64,000 nucleotides of DNA, from sequence record PZ445134.1; one strand, given 5' to 3'. Of this stretch, positions 28,883-37,077 are shown in pieces. Position numbers and translations under genes: made by a program. This DNA is from a phage. The notes beneath the pieces are model-generated. The model was not told where the DNA came from and did not search any database. It was given only the letters and a program-made list of their open reading frames with translations. The first letter of the stretch is position 1. Every line of letters begins with the position of its first letter.

Positions 28883-29245
28883 TTAAAAGAATTTAAATTT
28901 TTTCTTGGTCCGTTCATTAAAAGCTTGTTGTACTTGCATTGTAACACATTTTTCAACATGTGGTGCAAGTTCTGCTTTTCTGTCCTGGTCAAGAACTGCA
29001 AAGTCCATTACGATTTTACCATCAACCCAGTCTAGTTTTGTAATATAGACTATATGATGAGAACCATCTTCAAGTGTAATCAGAATCTCTTGAATGACAT
29101 TTTCCATTGCTGAACGGATAATTTTAAGAGATTCATTAAACACTCGTTCTTTGCGAATGTCTTCCCCTTCCGAAGAAGGGGATTCATCAACGATTTCTAG
29201 ATTTAAATCATCGAGATTATTCATCGAAATCTTCCATTTCATCAA
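28883..29245 (-). CDS. hypothetical protein (120 aa), gene 40 position
   Basis: located between 41 and uvsX as T4 gene 40; not verified by sequence. Confidence 0.4.
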   Translation of the reverse strand: MMKWKISMNNLDDLNLEIVDESPSSEGEDIRKERVFNESLKIIRSAMENVIQEILITLEDGSHHIVYITKLDWVDGKIVMDFAVLDQDRKAELAPHVEKCVTMQVQQAFNERTKKKFKFF

Positions 29246-30389
29246 GGTCGTTTTCTATATCTGCTGCAGACGGAGCATCAGAAGTTTTAACCGGAACTTT
29301 AGTTGTTGCTTTGCAATTAATAAGGTCATTAACAGCATCATCAACTTCTTTAATAGAAGAGATAGCACCTAGTTTATATTTAGTTTCAATTGCATCTCGG
29401 AAAGGTTTGTGTTTAAACAACGGCCCCCAGAATTCTACACAATCAGTAGCTTTAGCACGCCATGATTTTTCTTCACGAATCATTTCGCCTGTTTCTTCGT
29501 CAAGGAATTCACGAGCATACCAACCAGCTTTAGGCTTAACTACAAAACCAATTTCAGTTGCCATTTCTAACAAGCCACTGAATGGGTCGATACCACCATC
29601 AAAATTAACAGTGATCGGGAAAGTAGATTTTTCTTTAACGGTGCGAGATTTTTCTGCTTTCAACGTGAAGTCATAACCGGTCAATTCTGTACCTTCTTTA
29701 ACCTGACGTTTAGAGATAAAAAATACCGTGTTGGCAGAATAAAGAATACCTGTACCACCACCCATAATCTCTTTAGGATACAATCCGCCAATTTCCATTG
29801 CTGTATGGTTAATTGCAACACATGGAATATCTTTAATAGTCAGATAAGGAGTCACAATGCGGAACAGAGATTTAAGTGCCTTAGCACGAGACATATCACC
29901 TACGACTTTCTCGTTCAATGCATCTTCAGTTTCTTTCTTAGATGCAGTATTACCGATTGAATCGATAAAGATAATAACTTTATCACCGCGTTCAATCGCG
30001 TCAAGCTGATTAGTCATATCAACTTTAAGTTGTTCGACAGATTGAATCGGAGTATGAACTACACGGTCTAAATCAACACCCATTGAACGAAAATAAGATT
30101 CTGAAGCACCAAATTCTGAATCATAGAACAAACAAATTGCATCTTTATATTTCTTCATATATGCTGCAACCATGGTCAGCCCAAACAACGTTTTAAAGTG
30201 TTTAGAAGGAGCAGCAAAAATAGTTAAGCCTGATTGCAACCCGGCATTCAGTGCACCACCTAATGCAATATTCAACATCGGAATACGAGTAGGGACTTCA
30301 TCACGATTATTAAACAGCTTAGACTTAGTCAAGTCTGCAGTCATTTTAGAAGTAGAAGCTTTAATCAGACGAGATTTTAAATCAGACAT
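29217..30389 (-). CDS. uvsX: UvsX recombinase (RecA-like)
   Basis: 390 aa (T4 391); synteny. Confidence 0.9.
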   Translation of the reverse strand: MSDLKSRLIKASTSKMTADLTKSKLFNNRDEVPTRIPMLNIALGGALNAGLQSGLTIFAAPSKHFKTLFGLTMVAAYMKKYKDAICLFYDSEFGASESYFRSMGVDLDRVVHTPIQSVEQLKVDMTNQLDAIERGDKVIIFIDSIGNTASKKETEDALNEKVVGDMSRAKALKSLFRIVTPYLTIKDIPCVAINHTAMEIGGLYPKEIMGGGTGILYSANTVFFISKRQVKEGTELTGYDFTLKAEKSRTVKEKSTFPITVNFDGGIDPFSGLLEMATEIGFVVKPKAGWYAREFLDEETGEMIREEKSWRAKATDCVEFWGPLFKHKPFRDAIETKYKLGAISSIKEVDDAVNDLINCKATTKVPVKTSDAPSAADIENDLDEMEDFDE

Positions 30390-30488
30390 TGTATTTTTCC
30401 ATAGGCATCATTATATTTTACTCATGTTTAAAAGATAAGACGATTATATACTAAGGGCTATACAGCATTTAAAACTTTAAACAGGCTC

Positions 30489-31037
30489 TTAACGAGCCCA
30501 TTTGATAATTTCTGTAATCAAATTATTACGTTCGCTTGCATTAAATCCTATAACTTTGTTAGCACCATCATGATTAAGTAATTGATACGTTTGGATTTTG
30601 TTATGAATTGCAAACTCTTCAAAATATGAAATGACTGTATTAAAACCGAATGAAGACAAAGTAATAAGGTCGTCTTCAAAACTTTCAGTCATTTCGTTAC
30701 GTGTTAAAATAATTGTGAACACATCATGGTTTTGGCAAAGACGAACATAATCCTGTTCATAAACGTCAAGAACCGAGTCCACATCTTGTCGAATACGTCC
30801 ATAAACCCAGTTACTAATATATCCACGGTCTAACAGATAAATCTTAGTAGGGTCTAAATAATTCAACATCGTTTCGAAACAGCCAACTTCATTTCGAGAT
30901 TTAACATCGAAACGTCCATCAACTGTTCGTTTAGGGAAATCAATCTTTACATATCTTTCACTAATTTCCATTATGTCATTAATGAAAGTTGTTTTACCAG
31001 CATTATCCGGGCCATCTACTAAAATAATTTTAGCCAT
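30489..31037 (-). CDS. P-loop nucleotide kinase-like protein (TMPK/dNK-like)
   Basis: 182 aa; Walker A GPDNAGKTT; LLDRGY resembles the DR(Y/H) motif of thymidylate/deoxynucleoside kinases. Confidence 0.55.
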   Translation of the reverse strand: MAKIILVDGPDNAGKTTFINDIMEISERYVKIDFPKRTVDGRFDVKSRNEVGCFETMLNYLDPTKIYLLDRGYISNWVYGRIRQDVDSVLDVYEQDYVRLCQNHDVFTIILTRNEMTESFEDDLITLSSFGFNTVISYFEEFAIHNKIQTYQLLNHDGANKVIGFNASERNNLITEIIKWAR

Positions 31038-31038
31038 T

Positions 31039-31938
31039 TTATTCCTCGATTACGACATCTTCATATTTAGGTATATTATACGGTGAAGAAATTAAAGCAT
31101 TAAAGTAGATGAACTCACCAAGACCTGGATGGAATACTTCTTCAGGATTTTCGAAATATTGAATCTTCGGTCTTCCTTTAAGAATTTGATAGTACTCAGT
31201 TTTAGTTGGTTTAAAAATTCGAATCAGCGCTTCTTCAGGATACTTATTTCTGTCGAAGCTATTATTTGGATCGGTTATATAAAGCGGTTGACCTAATTGA
31301 ATTGCACATTCAACCACTTGTTCAAAACGATAACACGGGTCACTAATTCGAAATGGATGAAAAATACCATCTAGATGAATAGGAGCCAAATCACCTACAA
31401 GACGCTGCATGATGGAAGGACGTATAACTTTCTGGGTTACGATAATCTTATTACCATCTGCACCAGCGTTAACCAGCACTTCTTTTTGACGTTCATTCAA
31501 CACAGTAGTTTGAAGTGAACGATTAACCGACAACATGTCGGTTTTTAAGAATTCGTCAATGTAAAAACGTGGTTTATTAGGGTCTGCAGTGATATTGAAA
31601 TTGAATTCTACATCAAAAGCGCCGTCATATCCAGTGATATCTGTGATTAGAAAATCACAATCATAATAAGAAATTAATGAATCAACCACAAATTCATTTT
31701 CAGACCAGAAATATTTACGAGTGTTATACGCGTTATCTTTATACCATAATGGAACAAACTTAAATTCTGGGAAAAGACGTTCGCATTCTTTAATATCAGA
31801 TGCATTACGTGGATATGTAATCACATCACCCGGATTAGCACGGTGCAAATGAAGTTGGAAGTTGCCATCCTTAAGGATAGCATACTGTCCAGTTTCATAA
31901 GACCGCATACTCAAGATAGGTACGCGGAAAATAGCCAT
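31039..31938 (-). CDS. hypothetical protein (299 aa) at the locus where T4 has beta-glucosyltransferase
   Basis: ORF track; tight spacing with flanking kinase and gene 42; no recognisable motif. Confidence 0.5.
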   Translation of the reverse strand: MAIFRVPILSMRSYETGQYAILKDGNFQLHLHRANPGDVITYPRNASDIKECERLFPEFKFVPLWYKDNAYNTRKYFWSENEFVVDSLISYYDCDFLITDITGYDGAFDVEFNFNITADPNKPRFYIDEFLKTDMLSVNRSLQTTVLNERQKEVLVNAGADGNKIIVTQKVIRPSIMQRLVGDLAPIHLDGIFHPFRISDPCYRFEQVVECAIQLGQPLYITDPNNSFDRNKYPEEALIRIFKPTKTEYYQILKGRPKIQYFENPEEVFHPGLGEFIYFNALISSPYNIPKYEDVVIEE

Positions 31939-32654
31939 TAGTCAAGGAATCCTTTAACATAATCAAAATCACGTTCAAACACATGGGCACTTACCATGGT
32001 ATGAGTATAATCACCAACTTCTACACCACATTCGTTAGCTATATAATGAAGTAATTTTCCTTGGAGATAAAAATCCAACTGCATAACAACAGCACAGTTC
32101 TGAGAACGCATATGACAGTGGGTATAAAGCTTACCATCACGAATATAATAAGTCACTGAGTCAGTACATGGATATTCAAGTGTTTCGTCTGAATCAAGCA
32201 AAGCCTGATCAGAACTTTCTAGAATTTGGAACACAACTCTTCGAGAGTTAGGTTTTTCTTTAAGTTCTTTTAGAAGAGTTGGTAACTGGGCCGCAATTCG
32301 TGGACCGTAGAAAGTGTTGAAGTTTGCAGGCAAAGCATCTGATTTAGGTTTAGAAATAAATTTAGCGACGTTAGGATATGCCTTAAATGCTTCTTCTGCA
32401 TCAGTACCACCAGAAATCATAAATTTCCAGAAATCTTCAGCATATTCATAAGAGATGCGATTAATACGTGGGTCGGTCATTTTGAATGATGAAGGGGTAT
32501 CAACAACTACTGTCATAGACCCAATTTCATTACAACGTCCAATACGAGAATCAGTAACGAATTCCGGGTTTTCTAAAATTTCACGATTGACAGCTTTAAA
32601 TGCGGATTGAAAATCTGCGGCTTTAATATATTTCATTGTGTTATGTTTTCCCAT
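31938..32654 (-). CDS. 42: dCMP hydroxymethylase-like (thymidylate synthase fold)
   Basis: 238 aa; YPCTDSV...HCHMRSQN resembles the T4 gp42 catalytic Cys region (FMCTNTV...MRSND); synteny. Confidence 0.7.
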   Translation of the reverse strand: MGKHNTMKYIKAADFQSAFKAVNREILENPEFVTDSRIGRCNEIGSMTVVVDTPSSFKMTDPRINRISYEYAEDFWKFMISGGTDAEEAFKAYPNVAKFISKPKSDALPANFNTFYGPRIAAQLPTLLKELKEKPNSRRVVFQILESSDQALLDSDETLEYPCTDSVTYYIRDGKLYTHCHMRSQNCAVVMQLDFYLQGKLLHYIANECGVEVGDYTHTMVSAHVFERDFDYVKGFLD

Positions 32655-32787
32655 GTTTACCTCAATACAGTTATTATATACTCAATTCATAAAGCTTATT
32701 TGAATTTCTTAGCGATGTTGATATAACGTAGAGCTTCGGCATCGATACTTCCAAGGACGCTATGAAGGAACGCGTCGACATAGTATT

Positions 32788-32937
32788 CTAGTTGAACAGG
32801 TTCTCTTTAATCACTTTAGCCGCTTTAGTTTCAAACAGGCCCATAAGGGCCTTTTTAAGAATTTGTTCGTTGTTGTTAATTTTAATAGTCAAAATCTCTT
32901 CGTTAAGTTGGTGGTTAAAAGTTTTTCTAGAAATCAT
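32788..32937 (-). CDS. small ORF (~49 aa) translationally coupled to the upstream Cys-rich protein
   Basis: ATG overlaps upstream stop (GAATGATT); below ORF-track cutoff. Confidence 0.3.
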   Translation of the reverse strand: MISRKTFNHQLNEEILTIKINNNEQILKKALMGLFETKAAKVIKENLFN

Positions 32938-34094
32938 TCTGGGTACCTCAAAGCGTCATCAGAGTTAGTTATATCAATAATAGATATAGAGTTTTCCGAT
33001 AACCCATTTTTAGATAACTGACGTTTATAATATCTTTCACAATATGTACACGTCGTCCCACAGATTTCATTAGCACAATCGAAATCTGGATGTTTGAACC
33101 ACCTTTTTTCTAAAAAGCCATCTAACAAAGAGGTTTCAATATTTACCGTATGTGAAAACTCAGTCTCATTTTCAAGAGTGAAAATGGTCTCTAAAGGCTT
33201 CCACAATTCCAACAAATTACCTTCAAATTTTTCAGAAGCATAAGCTTCAAGAACTTTCAAAATGTAGTCTGTGCTACCTGTACGTCCTGAAACTTTGAAT
33301 TGAGTGATACCAATATCATTATAAAGTTTCAAATCTTGAGGACGAACAAAACGAGTTCTCAACCAGTTAAATGGATCTGTATCACGAGCTTTAATACAGT
33401 GCTGCATTGGATATCCATTTAAGGATTTGGCATCATCTACTGTAACATCAGTGCTATGGAAAATATAGCAAGAGTCACGATAACTACAATGTGTTGTATA
33501 CCCTTTACCAGCATTAGAACAGAACTCATTTACAAGAACTTCAAATATTATATTGTTCTTATTACAAAACTCTGCTGCACGCTTCAGGAAAGAAACTGAA
33601 CGGTTCTTATGAATTCCACAGCAGACCTTTTTGATATTATATTGGTCATGCAAGTATTTGATTTGAGTTACAGCATCGACATGTAGAATTGTTGAAACTT
33701 CAATCTCAATGTCTTTATTGACTTCACGAACAATTTCCATAACAACAGGGTTAGCGATAGTAATACGCCAAACGCCTATTGACCAAAGATACTGAACATA
33801 ATCCTGAATAGCTTTCTTCTTCCACTCAACTAGTTCTCTTTTTGAACCAGGATTTATCGTGTTGAGTGTACAGTTAAAGCAAATACCTAATTCGTTACAA
33901 CGTTTAACGTAATCTTCTAACATCTTTTTGTCAACGTCAGGAAGCCTAAAATCAGGTCTGGCTGCTACAAAAGCCATTTCTCTTGTAGAGCCGTATACTT
34001 CGTTTATCAAGCTATTAGGATAAGTTTTATTGAGCTCTACGATTTTATCAAGAAGAGCTAAATCAAAATTCGTTCCGATTTTAAAGGTATTCAT
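32934..34094 (-). CDS. Cys-rich protein of unknown function (386 aa)
   Basis: multiple Cys clusters including C-terminal C-x4-C-x3-C-x2-C (DCANEICGTTCTYC); first gene of the block inserted between 42 and 43. Confidence 0.5.
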   Translation of the reverse strand: MNTFKIGTNFDLALLDKIVELNKTYPNSLINEVYGSTREMAFVAARPDFRLPDVDKKMLEDYVKRCNELGICFNCTLNTINPGSKRELVEWKKKAIQDYVQYLWSIGVWRITIANPVVMEIVREVNKDIEIEVSTILHVDAVTQIKYLHDQYNIKKVCCGIHKNRSVSFLKRAAEFCNKNNIIFEVLVNEFCSNAGKGYTTHCSYRDSCYIFHSTDVTVDDAKSLNGYPMQHCIKARDTDPFNWLRTRFVRPQDLKLYNDIGITQFKVSGRTGSTDYILKVLEAYASEKFEGNLLELWKPLETIFTLENETEFSHTVNIETSLLDGFLEKRWFKHPDFDCANEICGTTCTYCERYYKRQLSKNGLSENSISIIDITNSDDALRYPE

Positions 34095-34148
34095 TTTTGC
34101 ATCTCGCGTTAATTGTTGCGATGGTTTTTGCAGGTCTTACTTAAATTA

Positions 34149-34550
34149 TTATAGATTCGGTTTATATGATTTAAATGTTTCGAATTCGCCTTTATTCATA
34201 AGAGCTTTGAATTCGTCAGGACGCATAGCTTTGTCGTCGATAATCCAATCATATACTGGTTTATGTGTTAGCAAATTATGGTACTTCAATCCAATGTTTG
34301 CCAAGTTCTGAATCAGACTTGGGAGAATGTCAATTGCTATACGACCAGGACCGACTGACTTCATACCACGAGCAGTGTAAAGCGTTATGGTATGCCCTGC
34401 ATCATACAGGGCATTAATGGCAGACACCATTTCGACGTCTGGTTTGAAGTTCACGTAATCACGATTGTTATTCCACTCTGTTATACAATCATCGACATCA
34501 AAACAAAGATTAAGCATGTTTTCTACACGGTGCATTAGATTCGTTCCCAT
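34149..34550 (-). CDS. HAD-superfamily phosphatase (sugar-phosphate phosphatase-like)
   Basis: 133 aa; motif I FDVDDCIT, motif II TLYTARG, motif IV YDWIIDDK. Confidence 0.6.
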   Translation of the reverse strand: MGTNLMHRVENMLNLCFDVDDCITEWNNNRDYVNFKPDVEMVSAINALYDAGHTITLYTARGMKSVGPGRIAIDILPSLIQNLANIGLKYHNLLTHKPVYDWIIDDKAMRPDEFKALMNKGEFETFKSYKPNL

Positions 34551-36220
34551 TGATGAGTGATATCGCCACCGATTGGACGATAGGAAACACCAGTTTCTTT
34601 ATCAGTTAGTACCCATTTACCAGGATTTTTTGTAATCAGAGTAGCCGTTACAGGTTCTGCTACGTCATAACTAATAGAGCCGTCCTGAAGTACACGGCCC
34701 ATGTTACGTAATTGCTTAGTCAGAAGTTCCATACCTTTATAATATGCGGCTACCGCTTTAAGTGGATTATTCTTGAAATAACCACCTAATGCAATCCAGA
34801 TAATTGCCACTGCCAAATGATGATACTCGTTAAACGAACTCATCTTTCCATATTTGTAAACTAATGGATTGATGTTAATAGTCACATTACAAGTTGTTTC
34901 ATCAATAGTAAACTGTCCCCAGGTCGGATTAGCGTTGAATTCATCATACCCTGAAACAGCATAAAGCACTTTAGCTTCGTCATACAATTTTGGTCCGTAA
35001 ATCTTGGTTTCGCCAAAATATCCACGAGGGTCGATAAACTTGACTTCGCCGTTATCAGTAATCATAGTATTACTGAAGTTCGGGTCACCATGAATAACAG
35101 AGTACTGTCCCTGAGAACGGTTATGATAACGAATAAGGTGTTCTAAAGCTTGTTTCAACATTGGCTTCAGACGTCCGATCTTAGTGTAGTTCACATGTGT
35201 GATTTTACCAAATGAATCAATCAATGGTTGAATACTTTCACAACGATCAATAACTTTCGTATAGAATTCTTTAGTGAAATCACGACGAACAGTTTCAGGA
35301 CTTACAAAATAAGTGTCTGTGCTGAATTTCAGTGCGTCTAAAATTGCATCAACAATTTGTGGACGAGCAAGACTCGATTTGGATTTAATATATTCAAATG
35401 CCGGCTTACCTTTAATGCGTTCCATTTCAAAGTTATTTTCATTAACAGAAACTAACTGAGGAACTGAATCTGATTTCACTTTAAGATACCATGAAATCTC
35501 ATCTTTCTGAAGAGCTCGGCCCTGTTCGGTTAATGCGAATTTAGTTACAGTTTCTTCACCAATTTCAACGGCATTAAAACTACGATTAAGTTCACGAACT
35601 TCATGAGCTTTTTCAAGTTTAGGCATATCACCTAAATCAATTAGATTCATAAGCTCTGATTTATTGAATGCGCTGCCGTAAAGGAATTCTACGAAATCAC
35701 GTCCTTTGCAGTATTCATGAATTTCCTCATCAGTAGAACCCATATAGAATTCCCAGTCTTTGAACTGATAAATTCCTACAACATTACCACCTGTTGAACC
35801 TACGTTAGTGATATTTTCACCGTCGAAATTATATCGACATTCGTCGCCCTTAACATAGATTGCGTTAACATTCCAAGACCACGAACCAAAATCAGGAATA
35901 ATATCGCACCAGTTAACAATTACATTATGGCCGTCTAAATCTTTGTGTAATTTAGCAAGAGCATAAGCAGAACCGTACGCTTCATCAACTGTACGAATAG
36001 TCACATTGAACCCTTCTTGCTCACAATAAGCTCGAACAGTTTCAGCAAATTTTGAATGAACTACTACAATAATTTCATCTGCGCCAAGGTCAGAATAAAT
36101 TGTATACAAATTGCTCAGAATAGTGTCTTGTTTATAGTTAACAAGCACCTTAGGAATATGATGCGTTATTGGATACAAACGAGTTGCCAGTCCAGCACCA
36201 AGAATAACAGCTTTTTTCAT
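34535..36220 (-). CDS. bifunctional sugar-1-phosphate nucleotidyltransferase (RmlA-like) / sugar kinase (APH-like)
   Basis: 561 aa; N-terminus KKAVILGAGLATRLYPIT (G-x-G-x-R-L); C-terminal HGDPNFSNTMI ... FIDPRG kinase catalytic/DxG-like motifs. Confidence 0.7.
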   Translation of the reverse strand: MKKAVILGAGLATRLYPITHHIPKVLVNYKQDTILSNLYTIYSDLGADEIIVVVHSKFAETVRAYCEQEGFNVTIRTVDEAYGSAYALAKLHKDLDGHNVIVNWCDIIPDFGSWSWNVNAIYVKGDECRYNFDGENITNVGSTGGNVVGIYQFKDWEFYMGSTDEEIHEYCKGRDFVEFLYGSAFNKSELMNLIDLGDMPKLEKAHEVRELNRSFNAVEIGEETVTKFALTEQGRALQKDEISWYLKVKSDSVPQLVSVNENNFEMERIKGKPAFEYIKSKSSLARPQIVDAILDALKFSTDTYFVSPETVRRDFTKEFYTKVIDRCESIQPLIDSFGKITHVNYTKIGRLKPMLKQALEHLIRYHNRSQGQYSVIHGDPNFSNTMITDNGEVKFIDPRGYFGETKIYGPKLYDEAKVLYAVSGYDEFNANPTWGQFTIDETTCNVTININPLVYKYGKMSSFNEYHHLAVAIIWIALGGYFKNNPLKAVAAYYKGMELLTKQLRNMGRVLQDGSISYDVAEPVTATLITKNPGKWVLTDKETGVSYRPIGGDITHQWERI

Positions 36221-36401
36221 GTTGTGGTCCTCATTGGTAAGTAGGAGTATTGTACACTATTCTAGTTAAAGCATTCATACTTTGCTTGTAGTCCAATCAT
36301 AATCCATCCGATTATAAGAGTCGGAATCATTACTGGAGCCGTTAAGCTCCAGTAGATAGTCATGACAAGCATCAATAGTAAAAGTCCTATTGTTATTGCT
36401 T

Positions 36402-37037
36402 TCATTGTTCGCCTCGTAACATGGCACCTAGTGCACCGCCAGGGTGGAACTTAAGGAAGTCATTAGAGGTAAATCCACGTTCAGACGAAAGGTTGATAGC
36501 AAACGTATCGATAAGCGCTAACAACAATGTAGTGGACATAGTCGGAGCTAGAGAATTCTCATCAACCTCTACTGCGATGCCTGTACAGAACGTATAATCA
36601 AAAAGAGCTTCGTATTCTTGTGGAATGTCTGGGTTACAATGCAACAGAATCTGTTTGACGTTCGGACGAATCATTTTAAGATGCTTAGCCACGCCTATCA
36701 TTTCTTCAGTTTTACCGGAACGACTAATATGAATCAACACATCATTAGGCGCAATGAATCCTGCATCACCGTGAGAATAATGCCCAGTGTTCAAGTACAT
36801 ACTCGGGATACCGAGTGAAGCAAATGTCTCAGAAGCTTTAGTTGCAATATTAGCATTCTTACCAACACCTGTAATAATTACTCTGCTTTCATAATTACTA
36901 AGTCCCGGGCGTCGAAGAGTTTCTAGAATAGCATTATAACGAGCAGGGTTTTGACTAATTACTTTGGCCATAGCGGCCAAAGAAGAAGCTTGTTTTATGA
37001 TTGCGTCAATAGCGATAGTAATAGGAGTAGTTTTCAT
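36402..37037 (-). CDS. SIS-domain sugar-phosphate isomerase (KpsF/GutQ-like arabinose-5-phosphate isomerase type)
   Basis: 211 aa; GVGKNANIA and SRSGKTEE SIS motifs; C-terminal HPGGALG as in KdsD/GutQ. Confidence 0.7.
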   Translation of the reverse strand: MKTTPITIAIDAIIKQASSLAAMAKVISQNPARYNAILETLRRPGLSNYESRVIITGVGKNANIATKASETFASLGIPSMYLNTGHYSHGDAGFIAPNDVLIHISRSGKTEEMIGVAKHLKMIRPNVKQILLHCNPDIPQEYEALFDYTFCTGIAVEVDENSLAPTMSTTLLLALIDTFAINLSSERGFTSNDFLKFHPGGALGAMLRGEQ

Positions 37038-37077
37038 ATTTCTCTCATTTAATTAGTTTGCCGTCCATGACATTATA

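Noticed and set aside
32934-34094. U32-peptidase-family (RlhA/TrhP-like hydroxylase) assignment for the Cys-rich protein
   Set aside because: Superficial resemblance (FNCTLNTI, EF...C...C) does not fit the U32 signature E-x-F-x2-G-[SA]-[LIVM]-C-x4-G-x-C when aligned carefully; left as unknown pending profile search
34149-37037. Interpreting the SIS isomerase + HAD phosphatase + nucleotidyltransferase as a KDO (KdsD/KdsC/KdsB) pathway
   Set aside because: No KdsA-like KDO-8-P synthase is present, and the nucleotidyltransferase is RmlA-like (sugar-1-P, G-x-G-x-R-L) rather than KdsB-like; a pentose-1-P activation route fits better
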